From the IMG/VR virus record IMGVR_UViG_3300015259_000001: a stretch of DNA of 48,775 nt. The stretch is one strand, 5' to 3'. This document shows positions 9,575 to 19,887 of this stretch, in pieces. A program made the position numbers and the translations under genes. The stretch comes from a virus. How positions within the stretch are numbered: the stretch's first letter is position 1; every line of letters starts with the position of its first letter. The notes beneath the pieces are model-generated. The model did no database searches. It was not told the origin of the DNA and saw only the letters and a program-made list of their open reading frames with translations.

Positions 9575-10507
9575 TTAATTATGTCCTAATCTTGAGGCTG
9601 TAGCCCATTCCTTATACTCATCCCAAGACCAGCTATTCAAAAAATTAATGGTACTTATATACCCATTATGATACAGTCGTTCTTTCTCAATGGCAGTAAG
9701 ATCGAAATTAATAGGTGACAAACCACCAGTTGGAATGGCTATAGTACGGTGCTCATAGTCTTGGGGGCGTACAAATCTCTTGTCGTGGGCCTCCAACATC
9801 GTCTGAATAAGAGCTTTAAAGTATGAGAAGGGTCCATCAATTTCGTGAGCATTACCTGCGCCATCTTCTTTTAATAGAAAACCAAAGGTAGGCCAATCAG
9901 GTGTCGCATCTCCATCCCATATCCAGATAGGGAAATTCGATAGCATCCCACCATCAGCAATATAGCAATCACCAAACTTTACCGGCTCAAAGAATAGCGG
10001 AATTGACATTGACATACGAACCGCTAAAGCAACTTCCATATCGTCAGGGTTTAACCCGTATAGTGTAGCATCATTAGGAAACGTAACCATTCTGCCATTT
10101 GTTAGGTCAGCGGCAATAACCTTAAGACGCCAGCGATACTTTAAATTGCTATGATCTACCGGATCTTTGGATAGAAGATCCTTAAAAGTATAGACTCCTT
10201 TATCGGCTAGAATCTTCTTCATAAAGTTATAGAATTCTTCACCCCGATAAAGACCGTAATGGTTTATAACTCTCCAGTATTTAGTCCACTTATTACCATC
10301 AAGGAATTTAGTATAGTTGATACCCATTACTAGCCGACGTAACTCAGCAGGGGTATAGCCTGCGACTGCGCCAGCCGCTACTATACTCCCACCACTTGTA
10401 CCCGCCGCGTGAGAAAGAGTAAAACCTCGTGCAGTTAAAGCCGCATAAGCTCCAACGTGGCCTATTAATTTCGTCCCTCCACCCTCCAAAGCTAAGTCAC
10501 ATTTCAT
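9575..10507 (-). CDS. Patatin-like phospholipase
   Basis: LEGGG, GTSGG nucleophile elbow, SMSIP.FF, DGG. Confidence 0.93.
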   Translation of the reverse strand: MKCDLALEGGGTKLIGHVGAYAALTARGFTLSHAAGTSGGSIVAAGAVAGYTPAELRRLVMGINYTKFLDGNKWTKYWRVINHYGLYRGEEFYNFMKKILADKGVYTFKDLLSKDPVDHSNLKYRWRLKVIAADLTNGRMVTFPNDATLYGLNPDDMEVALAVRMSMSIPLFFEPVKFGDCYIADGGMLSNFPIWIWDGDATPDWPTFGFLLKEDGAGNAHEIDGPFSYFKALIQTMLEAHDKRFVRPQDYEHRTIAIPTGGLSPINFDLTAIEKERLYHNGYISTINFLNSWSWDEYKEWATASRLGHN

Positions 10508-10707
10508 TGGTTTCTCTTATCTTCCCATTTGATATCTTTAGGTATCGAATCTAAAGATGCTAGATAATGTTGCCCTCTTTCGGCTATTCTATATTCTCCC
10601 TCAGGGTGTCCGGGGTGATAGTCGGCCATCCAAAATATGGCATAATGATATTCACCGCCACGATTTGGACCAGCGTATACTTCAACTCGATGGATTGGAC
10701 TACTCAT
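10504..10707 (-). CDS. Hypothetical protein
   Basis: Overlapping stop/start with neighbours. Confidence 0.6.
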   Translation of the reverse strand: MSSPIHRVEVYAGPNRGGEYHYAIFWMADYHPGHPEGEYRIAERGQHYLASLDSIPKDIKWEDKRNQ

Positions 10708-10964
10708 TGTTTTCCGAATATTGGGTGTACTACCTTAAACAGTTTCTGTAGCTTACTTCTTTCAGCTCCGTCATAGTAACCTATAAAGTATCCTACATTA
10801 TTATCTGCATATTCTGTCATATTACGATACCCTTCCATGAAGCCTTGTGCGAATTCTTTAGCTTCTTTAGAGGGGAGAGATAAAGCCTTAGAAAAGGATT
10901 CAGAGAAAGAACTAAACTCCTCTCCCTTCCATTTAAATACGTAATTCTTTTCTTTTGTTGCCAT
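10704..10964 (-). CDS. Hypothetical protein
   Basis: AAGGA RBS, co-oriented. Confidence 0.65.
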   Translation of the reverse strand: MATKEKNYVFKWKGEEFSSFSESFSKALSLPSKEAKEFAQGFMEGYRNMTEYADNNVGYFIGYYDGAERSKLQKLFKVVHPIFGKQ

Positions 10965-11434
10965 GATTATTCCTTATGTTTTCTGAGTTCTATTTTCATA
11001 GTATAAGCTAAAAGTGAGAAAGTAAAAGACGAAGTAAAGTGTCCAAAACTTAACACGGATACTAGCCCATCTACTATTTGAGCGGCTCCTACTGCCACTA
11101 TACCTAGTTTACTAGGCTTATTACCTGTTCTGGATATGTGTTTCATGTTAGTCGATAACCAATTTGAAGAAGAAAGTAAGTAATACTAAAGCAATTAGCC
11201 AACATAAAGCAGAAAAGGTCAAAATAGTTTTCATTGTAGGCCATGTTTAATAGCTGTAGCTAAAACTCTAACTAAGAGATATAACCCTGATAGTTTAATA
11301 GCCGTATTGATTACAGTAAACAGTATCAAATTAATGAAACCATTTCCGGGAGTAAATCTAAAAGTAAATATAGTCCATTCAAATAAAGCACTAATCATTT
11401 TTTGTCCTTTCTGTTACATAACACATTAAGGATA

Positions 11435-12349
11435 TCACTCCGTATCCTTTCCTTCAAATTGTTTATCTACTAATTTTTCTTTATACCATTCCGGTAGCCC
11501 ACCAGTTACACCACGAAGCACATGACCGATAGCCCATTTGAATAGTACATCCTTCATATCTTCAGTACATTCTTCTTTTATATCATCTCGCACTTCATTG
11601 ATTAGTTTGCCTATATCTTGTGGGCTATCGGTAAGCAATCCCTTTTCTCTCAAGTGCTGAATACCTTTTTCCCATCTAGCAGGGGTCTTGTACATTTCAA
11701 CTAACCTGTCTAGGATATCGCCCGGCCCCGGATTAGATTGCTTCCATGCCGCTCTATGTACTTCTTTAAACGCCTCCGAAACGTGCTTACCCATTAAGAC
11801 TTTACCGTCTGGGCCAAACTGGTAATAGTTTTTGATTACAATTCCCTCAATCTTTTGCCCACCTAGGCAGGATATAGTATCCATAAGACTGCGAAAGTGT
11901 TCAACATTTGTTACTTCACCCTCGAACATGCGAGGTACTACCTCAAGTCCTAATCTATTTGCTTCAGCAGTTTTGTCTTCATAAGACATGAAGCTCTGGT
12001 CTGCCGTCTCTATATCAAATAGAATAATATGATAGTTAGGTATTCTATCATAAGCTAAAGCATTATGCTTTGATTTCTGCAAATACTCACCCCGATAAAC
12101 CCAATCAGGTTTTAGCCCATAAAGCAAGTCAATAGCTTTTATAGCCTCAATAGCTCGTGAGAACATCTTATCAGGCGAATCAAGACGTTGATCTTGTCCT
12201 TTAGATTTAGCCTTTAGCCCTTCGCTAGTTTTACAAAAGCTAAACTGAGAACCATCTATTTTTTCCTCAACAATTACTGGGTTATTAAATAGATTCTCAG
12301 TAAATCTTCCACCGATATTATGAATCTTTGGATACGACCATATACTCAT
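11435..12349 (-). CDS. ATP-dependent RNA ligase (Rnl2-like)
   Basis: YPKI, EEKIDGSQF (motif I), GEY, LFDI, EGIVIK. Confidence 0.85.
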   Translation of the reverse strand: MSIWSYPKIHNIGGRFTENLFNNPVIVEEKIDGSQFSFCKTSEGLKAKSKGQDQRLDSPDKMFSRAIEAIKAIDLLYGLKPDWVYRGEYLQKSKHNALAYDRIPNYHIILFDIETADQSFMSYEDKTAEANRLGLEVVPRMFEGEVTNVEHFRSLMDTISCLGGQKIEGIVIKNYYQFGPDGKVLMGKHVSEAFKEVHRAAWKQSNPGPGDILDRLVEMYKTPARWEKGIQHLREKGLLTDSPQDIGKLINEVRDDIKEECTEDMKDVLFKWAIGHVLRGVTGGLPEWYKEKLVDKQFEGKDTE

Positions 12350-12642
12350 GTTATTCTCCGTTCTAATCTCTTAATAGTGATTTAAGAATATCAAATAAAT
12401 TAGGCAGTTCCATACAATTAACACAATAATTTTCTAAAGAACGAGGGAAATTTCTCATATGAAATAATCTATTTCTATATACTTTAATTCCTAAAGTTGT
12501 ATCAACTACTTTATCATTAAAGAATTCTTTCCTTACCCATATACGCACTACAAGGATTACCTTTAGAGGTATTACTTAAACAAGGTAGGAAACCCAAAGC
12601 CAAATCAACCACTTGTGCATATGTCATTATAGCATTTTTCCA

Positions 12643-12867
12643 TTAAACGTACATACCATGCACCACAGGCTCAGTTGCCACACCCGTAGCAGGAGAAGTA
12701 GTTGCTTTTTTATTCAACGCATCGTCCGATAGCTGCATCAAGAAAGGCATAGTAGGGGATGCAGGTGGGGCTATAAATAAAGCCCAAATAAGTATAAACA
12801 TTCCAACGAATAACGCAGTTGAAATTACTGCTAATTGTAAAGCGATTAAAAATAGAACTAACTCCAC
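12643..12867 (-). CDS. Small membrane protein
   Basis: Long N-terminal hydrophobic segment; GGAG RBS. Confidence 0.6.
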   Translation of the reverse strand: MELVLFLIALQLAVISTALFVGMFILIWALFIAPPASPTMPFLMQLSDDALNKKATTSPATGVATEPVVHGMYV

Positions 12868-12888
12868 TATTTACTCCTACCTTAAAGG

Positions 12889-13425
12889 TTATATAACTCT
12901 CTTTAAAGCCGCTTGACTTAGTATCTTAATGAACCCTCCCCAACCGACATTACGGAGAGCATCCATAGTCCTAGTGCCATAGCTGGCTAGAATAACATCA
13001 TAAGAATTAGCATTAGGATTATATACCCCTATGGCTATAATCTGGAAGTCAATACCTTCGATATATTCTTGCCAAGGACCCTCTACCTTAGCGCCATATA
13101 GGAACATTACCTCATTCGGGGCACCTAGAATTTTATCCGAAATAAGTTTTAATACCTTTTTCTCTTCTTCATTTTCAGCTACAGCTACTACGATTTCAGA
13201 CTTTTCTGCAACAATATTGCCTGTTTGTAGATAGATTATTAGCCTATCCCCACCGTCCTCAATAACAGGAGGCGCAGCTATTGTGCCTTTAATAGTCTCA
13301 TACTCCTCAGTATAGTCCTTAAGAGTAGTAGAACATCCTAGAATCGCTAGAATACAAACTAAACTAGTTAGTCGCATAGGCATTTCTCCCGATTTTTGCA
13401 CGGGCTTTACCCCATTTTCGATCAA
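12889..13425 (-). CDS. Putative lipoprotein
   Basis: MRLTSLVCILAILGC lipobox-like; true start probably internal. Confidence 0.55.
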   Translation of the reverse strand: MIENGVKPVQKSGEMPMRLTSLVCILAILGCSTTLKDYTEEYETIKGTIAAPPVIEDGGDRLIIYLQTGNIVAEKSEIVVAVAENEEEKKVLKLISDKILGAPNEVMFLYGAKVEGPWQEYIEGIDFQIIAIGVYNPNANSYDVILASYGTRTMDALRNVGWGGFIKILSQAALKRVI

Positions 13426-13744
13426 TTATATCTTTTATATGTGCGAATAATTCAACTTCCACAGAGTACGGATCAATTCGATTATTTGTTCTACGCTTAT
13501 TTATATGACGCACTTCGTCCAGAACAGAATCTTGCATTGTATCGAATACATATATTACATTATACTTTATAGCCCTACCAGTAGCAATTTCTCTACCAAT
13601 TCTACGACAAAATTGGTCATTGGGGTGGCAAAATGCTATTCCATATTTATAAAAAGGTACATATATATCTGAATGAGTTATTACTTCATCTTTGATTACA
13701 ACTATAGTAAATAAATTCTTATGGTGAAATATAAGCTGGTCCAT
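13364..13744 (-). CDS. Conserved phage hypothetical protein
   Basis: GIAFCHPNDQFCRRIGREIATGRA motif common in phage proteins. Confidence 0.7.
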   Translation of the reverse strand: MDQLIFHHKNLFTIVVIKDEVITHSDIYVPFYKYGIAFCHPNDQFCRRIGREIATGRAIKYNVIYVFDTMQDSVLDEVRHINKRRTNNRIDPYSVEVELFAHIKDIIDRKWGKARAKIGRNAYATN

Positions 13745-13793
13745 ATTACTCCTTAATTACTCCTTAATTACTCCTTAATTACTCCTTAATTAC
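13745..13793. repeat. 11-bp tandem repeat (ATTACTCCTTA) x4.5 carrying a Shine-Dalgarno on the minus strand
   Basis: Minus strand reads (TAAGGAGTAAT)x4 directly before the ATG at 13744. Confidence 0.9.
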
Positions 13794-14153
13794 AACCATA
13801 TTAGCCATTAGAGTAGCAGATACTTTAACATCTTTAGGAATAGATTCTCCACATTGACATCGGTCATCATACCCATAGCTATCATGATATATTATATCAT
13901 TAAGTGTATAATCTTTTTCCATAGGGATTGACCCCTTATGGAACACCTTATAAAACTCATGTCTTTTAGCTATAACCCAATTATCTATGGTTATTTTCCT
14001 ATTACTTGTTGCGACTATTTTAGTGGCCGGAATAGTTATAGTATTACCTTCTCCAAAAGGCACATAAGTTTTATTACCGTATGATGTAAAGAATGTTCTT
14101 CTATGGGTATCTGTTACTGGTAATTTGTTCCTGCATAAATTTAACGATAACAT
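13779..14153 (-). CDS. Zn-ribbon paralog family protein
   Basis: IDNWVIA...FH...CQCGESIPKDVKV. Confidence 0.7.
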   Translation of the reverse strand: MLSLNLCRNKLPVTDTHRRTFFTSYGNKTYVPFGEGNTITIPATKIVATSNRKITIDNWVIAKRHEFYKVFHKGSIPMEKDYTLNDIIYHDSYGYDDRCQCGESIPKDVKVSATLMANMVVIKE

Positions 14154-14252
14154 ATGTTCTATCTGAGCTTAAAGACCTAGTAGTATATGGACCTAATCTC
14201 CATCTATAATTATACCCATTTATTGCATCGTTATACGTTCTAATTATCATAG

Positions 14253-15515
14253 TCACTTTTGCATCCAATCCAATTCTATTTCAATCAAGTGACCCCACGG
14301 GTTAGGGGCATGATTACCCTCATAACAGCACCAAATTACCGGATACCCCGGTGGAACAGCAGGATATGGACCGTAAAGATCAGTAAACATTACCAATACA
14401 TCTGGCTTATCGTTGCCTACAGTCTCGAATACACAATTAAAATCAGTACCTCCACGTTGTACCGGAATGTTTCTTAGAGCGTCAGGCGTAACCTCACCGT
14501 CATAGTATATCTCAGCATCGCCTAAAAGCAAGCGACCCTTACCTCCATTAAGTTTAATAATAGCACTAATCTCGGACAAAGCTCGCTGTAGTTCAGTATC
14601 ACTTACGGAACCCGATGTATCCATATACAGTACAGCTTGGGGAGGCATAGGATCACGGCCCGGAGTACGGACTACACCAGAGGTACGCCTAGATATACGT
14701 CTCCAAGTCCAGTTGCCTCTAAGATAGGTACTAAGGTATCGGCTAAGTTCTTTACGCCAATTCTTCTTAGGTTTAAGGATATCACCACAAAAAGTACCCA
14801 ATACTCCCGGTAGTTTACCTCTAGTCTTTGCTGCAACCGCAGCCGAAGTTACACGATCTTTCCACTCAGCATTCATTTCTTCTTGAGTCTTGTCTGACTT
14901 ACTTCCATCCTTATTAATCCTCTCGGCTGAATCATCCCACCATGCACCCTTATAGTTACTAGGAGCATGAGAATCCCCGCAGGTAGGACAAGGGTTAGTA
15001 CCCTTTTCCCCACCTTTTCCACCTTTTCCGCCTTTTCCGCCCTTTTTACTATTTTTATGGGCTTCCTTTATCATATCGAAATAAATTTGCTCAGTAGAGA
15101 GATTATCATACTTAGCAAGTTCAGGAAAATGATTCTTATGCAAAGGAGTAATTAAATCAGTAGACGGTAGATTAATCCCAGAATCAACTATCAATTGATT
15201 GATTGCGATATCAGAAGCCTGATTCCACAAACTATGATCTACTACGGGAGGCGCACGTCTTGACGTATCAGTAGCAAGATGCATAATTTCATGCGCCAAA
15301 CAAAAGAAAGCATCTTTAGGTACTTTTAGTGCTTTAGCAAAGAATTCTTCATTGATATAAAGATTACCTCTTATATCTACCCCCAAAGTAGGTATATCAT
15401 CAATTGCCCAAGGCTTGAGATACATAGAAAGCTGAGCGAAAAAGGGGTGATTTGTATTCATCGCAATTCGTAACTTAACGAATTCCTTCATTAACTTATC
15501 ATTTAACGGTCGCAT
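14253..15515 (-). CDS. HEXXH metallopeptidase-like plus VWA domain protein (DUF2201 type)
   Basis: LAHEIMH, WNQASD..IN, DTSGS MIDAS, GGTDF, FTD. Confidence 0.9.
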   Translation of the reverse strand: MRPLNDKLMKEFVKLRIAMNTNHPFFAQLSMYLKPWAIDDIPTLGVDIRGNLYINEEFFAKALKVPKDAFFCLAHEIMHLATDTSRRAPPVVDHSLWNQASDIAINQLIVDSGINLPSTDLITPLHKNHFPELAKYDNLSTEQIYFDMIKEAHKNSKKGGKGGKGGKGGEKGTNPCPTCGDSHAPSNYKGAWWDDSAERINKDGSKSDKTQEEMNAEWKDRVTSAAVAAKTRGKLPGVLGTFCGDILKPKKNWRKELSRYLSTYLRGNWTWRRISRRTSGVVRTPGRDPMPPQAVLYMDTSGSVSDTELQRALSEISAIIKLNGGKGRLLLGDAEIYYDGEVTPDALRNIPVQRGGTDFNCVFETVGNDKPDVLVMFTDLYGPYPAVPPGYPVIWCCYEGNHAPNPWGHLIEIELDWMQK

Positions 15516-15525
15516 AATTTCCCTC

Positions 15526-16650
15526 TTATAGCGAATAAGGAATAGTAAGGTATTCGTGATTCTTCTGGAAGATATCTCTGATAGACTGATCTGAGAGAAT
15601 ATTCAGGATTCCCTTATCCTTCCCTCCAATCTCTGACACAATTACTCGGCAAATCTGAGTCGTATGCTCCTTATGCACAAGGCGATTTGCATACACTATC
15701 GCGGCTTTAGCGTGTTCAACTTTCTTGGTACGGTTAACTTCGTAAACCAATGCTGCTATTGTAGCAAATGTAATGTCGATTTGCTCCTTAGCAGGGATTC
15801 TAGCAGTTAAAGGGTTATCAAGGATTTCCTTCGGTGGAATCAACATAGCATGGTTTTTCAAATAACCCTTGAATGCAACAGCCCAACCTTCCCCGCAAGC
15901 TCCACGCAGAGCAATGAAAAGGTTAGGATCTTCGAGGCCCATAATCTCTTGAATTCTTGAAGCAATAGTTACTGAACGTGGAGTAGCAAATGAAGTCTCG
16001 GTACCAGTCTTTGCACGCTCGAATTGATCAAGTTGATCGGGGTTAGTAGAGATAAAGCCATAAATCTCCGATGTTACCCCGTTCTGCAATGCCCAAGCTA
16101 GCCATTCGTCGGTCTTAACTGCATCAATATCGAAACGAATACAACGGTTAGCCAAAGCAAGAGGTAGTTCTTTAGCTGCTGACTTATCCGTAGCGTTATT
16201 GCCTGTTGCAATAATAAGTACGTTATTTCGTAGCTTGAATACCCCTACTTCACGCTGCTGGAACAAACGAAACAATGCAGCGAATACTTGATCGTTAGCG
16301 GCAGGCATATCATCAAAGCACACTACTGCCGGCCAAGTGTTACCACTCTCTACCGTAAGAGAATAAAGATCCTCAGGCGGCAAGAACCTAGTAACGTTAC
16401 CTACAGGTTGAGGACACCCAACTACATCCGTAGGGTCCATTGTAGCAGTCATGAATACTTTATATTCTGCCCCAAGATCCTTAGCAATTTCCTCAGTAGT
16501 AAGAGTCTTACCTCTACCCGGAGGACCCATGATTAGGATAGAAGGTGGAGCCTTCTTACCGAAGTCTTTACTTACGATTTTTTTAATCGCACTTTTAATC
16601 TGATCAAGAGATGCCATTACTTTAATTCTCCTTTGTGTAAATAGGTACAA
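15526..16650 (-). CDS. MoxR-like AAA+ ATPase, partner of the VWA protein
   Basis: GPPGRGKT, CFDD, ATGN, ALANR, ATPRS. Confidence 0.88.
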   Translation of the reverse strand: MYLFTQRRIKVMASLDQIKSAIKKIVSKDFGKKAPPSILIMGPPGRGKTLTTEEIAKDLGAEYKVFMTATMDPTDVVGCPQPVGNVTRFLPPEDLYSLTVESGNTWPAVVCFDDMPAANDQVFAALFRLFQQREVGVFKLRNNVLIIATGNNATDKSAAKELPLALANRCIRFDIDAVKTDEWLAWALQNGVTSEIYGFISTNPDQLDQFERAKTGTETSFATPRSVTIASRIQEIMGLEDPNLFIALRGACGEGWAVAFKGYLKNHAMLIPPKEILDNPLTARIPAKEQIDITFATIAALVYEVNRTKKVEHAKAAIVYANRLVHKEHTTQICRVIVSEIGGKDKGILNILSDQSIRDIFQKNHEYLTIPYSL

Positions 16651-16915
16651 AATCTTCTATGTTTACTATAAAGTTCTCTATCTCTCGCATAAAATCAGGT
16701 ACAAAACCAAAAAGCCTAATTAATTCCATGCTCCATAACCTATTACTTTGCTCATAAAGTTTCCACGATTTAATCCGAAATTCATCACTTTTAGCTATAA
16801 ATTCATTATATTGAGCTACGGAATTAGAATGGGCTATAGTATAACATCTATTAGCTTCACTCGAATATTTTTGAGCTTGAATATAAAGCTGTATAGCTTC
16901 TTCGAGCTCAGACAT
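16622..16915 (-). CDS. 'FGFIP' paralog family protein
   Basis: MSELEEAIQLY...ELIRLFGFVPDFM. Confidence 0.85.
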   Translation of the reverse strand: MSELEEAIQLYIQAQKYSSEANRCYTIAHSNSVAQYNEFIAKSDEFRIKSWKLYEQSNRLWSMELIRLFGFVPDFMREIENFIVNIEDFVPIYTKEN

Positions 16916-17087
16916 ATTTACTTATGTCTCTCATAAAATAAGGAACAAACCCAAATAATCTAATTAATTCTTTGTTCCATAGTTTATACGCTTCAATACA
17001 GAGCTTATTGCTTTCACCCTTATGGCCCTCAAACCATAGTTTATTGGCCTTAGCGTAAAGCTTCATAGCTTCTTCGAGATTAGACAT
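16908..17087 (-). CDS. 'FGFIP' paralog family protein (59 aa, below the ORF-track cutoff)
   Basis: Manual translation MSNLEEAMKLYAKANKLWFEGHKGESNKLCIEAYKLWNKELIRLFGFVPYFMRDISKYV. Confidence 0.85.
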   Translation of the reverse strand: MSNLEEAMKLYAKANKLWFEGHKGESNKLCIEAYKLWNKELIRLFGFVPYFMRDISKYV

Positions 17088-17100
17088 ATTTATCTATGTA

Positions 17101-18069
17101 TTAAGCAATCCCTGCCAATTTCAAACCAATAGCAAAGCTATCAATCTTCTCTACTGCTAGTTGGAAACTCTTTGCCTTGAGCTTAGCGCCATCTCCCGTA
17201 AGACGAGACTCAACACGCATGGATACCTCATCGTATCCAAATTTATTAGTTCTAACAGTCTTATAGTAGTCAGCATAAATCTGAATGGCGATTACCAATC
17301 CAAACAGAGTTTCTTTGCAAGACGCAAGAGTAGAAGTAGGACCGCTATTGAATATGTCAGTAATTTTTTCCTTAACATTCACTACACGAGTAGAATCACC
17401 GGGCATAAGATCCTCAAGTAGCAAAGTCCTGCGCTCGCTATCACATTCAGTATTAGCCAACCGATGGAACATATCAGCATATTTCTTCCAAAAGTCCTTA
17501 ACTTTCGTCAAAGTAACCTTAGCCTGCCGCATACGCTCCTCGACATTAACCGTATGTCTAATCTCAACTACACTATTGGAGAATGGCGTAAAGATTGTCT
17601 GACTTCCCCCGTGGACAGGAGTACAACTAACAGTCATCGACAATGATCTATTATGTGACGTAGATACTGAAAAGAAACAGGAAATTGTATCATTACCGGG
17701 GAGATTAATAGTTTCATCTGTAGTACAAAGTAGATGAAGTCTAGCTCCACCAAAAGTCAATGACGCAAGAGGTACTATAACCTCTTTATTTTCCATCATA
17801 TCCTTAAGAAACCCTACTGCATCCTTATACTGAACAAGTCCATAATCAGCACTAGCAGCACCGATAATAACATTATTCTCTTTATGAATAATGTTGGACA
17901 TGAAAGGATTTGCCTTAAGTTCAGTTTTACCAGTGATAGGATCTACTTTAACATCGTAGGCAGTAGTCTTTATCGCAGTAAAGTCTGCTTTAATATCAGA
18001 CAAAACCTTATCCAAATTGGTAGGATCAGTAGTCCTAGTAAACATACCAGATACCGGCTTCTTAAGCAT
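17101..18069 (-). CDS. DUF932/DUF945-like phage protein
   Basis: S.DYGLVQ, GGARL, TSHNRS, IRHT motifs. Confidence 0.65.
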   Translation of the reverse strand: MLKKPVSGMFTRTTDPTNLDKVLSDIKADFTAIKTTAYDVKVDPITGKTELKANPFMSNIIHKENNVIIGAASADYGLVQYKDAVGFLKDMMENKEVIVPLASLTFGGARLHLLCTTDETINLPGNDTISCFFSVSTSHNRSLSMTVSCTPVHGGSQTIFTPFSNSVVEIRHTVNVEERMRQAKVTLTKVKDFWKKYADMFHRLANTECDSERRTLLLEDLMPGDSTRVVNVKEKITDIFNSGPTSTLASCKETLFGLVIAIQIYADYYKTVRTNKFGYDEVSMRVESRLTGDGAKLKAKSFQLAVEKIDSFAIGLKLAGIA

Positions 18070-18121
18070 TGAAATGTCCTCTGTGTGTTGTTAATGTATT
18101 GTGGTCCACCCGGACCATCAT

Positions 18122-18138
18122 TGCAATTTTCGTGCCCG
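18122..18138 (-). promoter_or_regulatory. sigma54 (-24/-12) promoter
   Basis: Minus strand CGGGCACGAAAATTGCA, exact GG-N10-GC spacing. Confidence 0.8.
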
Positions 18139-18167
18139 AAAAATTCGGGTCAATTTGGGTTCGGCGA

Positions 18168-18212
18168 CCGGCAAAAGGCCGCAAAATGCGGTCGAGTGCC
18201 GAAAATCGTCAC
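18168..18212. promoter_or_regulatory. 45-bp palindromic upstream element, copy 1
   Basis: CCGGCAAAAGGCCGCAAAATGCGGTCGAGTGCCGAAAATCGTCAC, near-identical to 28724 and 34750. Confidence 0.8.
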
Positions 18213-18847
18213 ATCGTGAATGGAGATTTACGCTTCCTAGCCTTACGAACACCTTCATTAGAGGCTTCAATAATTTGATTATCTCTAGTACGAAGACATG
18301 AATATGTATCATCTCTCGTACCTATTACTTCCATAAGACAAGCAAGGTCGCTAAACCCAGAGGCAAGATCATTATTACTCCATTTTTTGTACTTAGCATC
18401 TTCTATAGTATTTTCTCTTAACCACATAAAAGATTTAGCATTATTTGATCCACGGCCTAACGTTCTAAAGTAACCATTAGCAATGTTCATTACATAATCT
18501 GACGTAGTTATTAAGCATATATCAACCGGATAAAGAGTTTGTCCGTATAATGTAAGTTGATCTTTAGTATTATTATGAATATAAGTTACTGAATGTTCTA
18601 GGTTATCTTGTTCGTATGAAATTAGTTTACTTTCACCTCCGTTATTACCGTATAGGGCTTTAACGTCACAAGGACGACACCAAACATACCTTTCTATAGA
18701 GATATCTACAGTAGCAGACATAGATGCTAATTCTATTGAATCTCCCGGAAAACGGATGTAATCTGTAAAATACTTACGAACATCCTCGTCTATTACTTCA
18801 GCGTCAAATCTACCATAACTTTGAATCTTAAATTTCATAAACGCCAT
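18209..18847 (-). CDS. Hypothetical protein
   Basis: 212-aa co-oriented ORF. Confidence 0.65.
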   Translation of the reverse strand: MAFMKFKIQSYGRFDAEVIDEDVRKYFTDYIRFPGDSIELASMSATVDISIERYVWCRPCDVKALYGNNGGESKLISYEQDNLEHSVTYIHNNTKDQLTLYGQTLYPVDICLITTSDYVMNIANGYFRTLGRGSNNAKSFMWLRENTIEDAKYKKWSNNDLASGFSDLACLMEVIGTRDDTYSCLRTRDNQIIEASNEGVRKARKRKSPFTM

Positions 18848-19205
18848 ACCCTTCTTCGGTAGAATAATATGCTTTAGATATACCCATGCTACCCAATATA
18901 CGAGTGCAAATAAGACAAGGCTTAGCTAGTCCGTAAGAACTATCTTTTCTAATTCTTACCACATAAATATCTGACCCTTCAAGGTCATCTCTTTCTATGC
19001 CTATACAGGCGTCAACTTCAGCATGAATACCCGGAGTCCACAGTTTCCCATAGTTATACTCCCGCATTATAGGATGCGTGCGGCGCATATCGTTCCAACC
19101 CCACGATATAACACGGTTTCGCTTAGCTAGAACAGCACCCAACCTAAATTTAGAACTAGATCTAAGAGCAGTTTTAGCTGCCAATTCAAAATGTCTAATA
19201 TTCAT
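18828..19205 (-). CDS. Cytidine/deoxycytidylate deaminase-like protein
   Basis: LGAV, HAE, AKPCLIC. Confidence 0.8.
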   Translation of the reverse strand: MNIRHFELAAKTALRSSSKFRLGAVLAKRNRVISWGWNDMRRTHPIMREYNYGKLWTPGIHAEVDACIGIERDDLEGSDIYVVRIRKDSSYGLAKPCLICTRILGSMGISKAYYSTEEGYGVYEI

Positions 19206-19512
19206 AATCTTGTATATCTTTTATAAAATCAGGAATAAACCCGAACAATCTAATTAATTCTTTTTTCCAAAGCTTATTACCCTTAACATGTAAGTTATAG
19301 CCCTCAGTATAAAGTTTATAGCCCTCAGCCCGAAGCTTACTACCATTAACCCGTAGCTTATAGCCCTCAGCCCAATCTACGCTGAATCTGATAAGCTCCG
19401 GGCTGAGGGCAATAAGGTGAAGCTTATCGCCCTCAGCACAGAGCTTATCGCCCTCAGCGTAGAGCTTATCGCCCTCAGCGTAGAGCTTCATAGCTTTTTC
19501 GAGCCTATACAT
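19195..19512 (-). CDS. 'FGFIP' paralog family protein with 21-nt internal repeats
   Basis: (YAEGDKL)x3...ELIRLFGFIPDFI. Confidence 0.85.
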   Translation of the reverse strand: MYRLEKAMKLYAEGDKLYAEGDKLCAEGDKLHLIALSPELIRFSVDWAEGYKLRVNGSKLRAEGYKLYTEGYNLHVKGNKLWKKELIRLFGFIPDFIKDIQDYEY

Positions 19513-19564
19513 AAGCCCTCAAATAAGCCCCCTTATTTCTAAGGAGGCTTTGTTCAAGGCTTAT
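19511..19564 (-). other. Conserved intergenic RNA hairpin, copy A
   Basis: AUAAGCCUUGA...UUGAGGGCUUAU(G); arms shared with 26992 and 31104. Confidence 0.7.
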
Positions 19565-19887
19565 TACTTATTTTGCCGAATAATATGATAAAATACCAAA
19601 TTACTGCCCAAAGTACCTTTAGGGTATTGTTAGTATAAATACCCCATATAATTGTTCCAAATGGACAAAACAATGTAGACCATACAGGGTGTTGATCAAA
19701 CCACCATGTTAGAAATTCCATTAGCGTAGCTCCGTAGTGTTAATAGGATAAATATTACCATTATCATCCATCCAAACAAGTTTATTTTTAGGGGCAAGTT
19801 TAACTCTTTTGACACTGATTTCAGTACCAATAACATAACGTGGTCGCGTACCGAGTATAATGCCTCTACGATTCTTTTGACCGGCCA

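Noticed and set aside
15004-15045. CCTTTTCCG-type short repeat
   Set aside because: Encodes the GGK low-complexity linker typical of DUF2201 proteins.
15526-16650. AAA+ ATPases (also 40002..41189) as the sigma54 activator
   Set aside because: No GAFTGA loop or Fis-type HTH; this one is a standard MoxR/VWA pair and the other is a classic-clade AAA.
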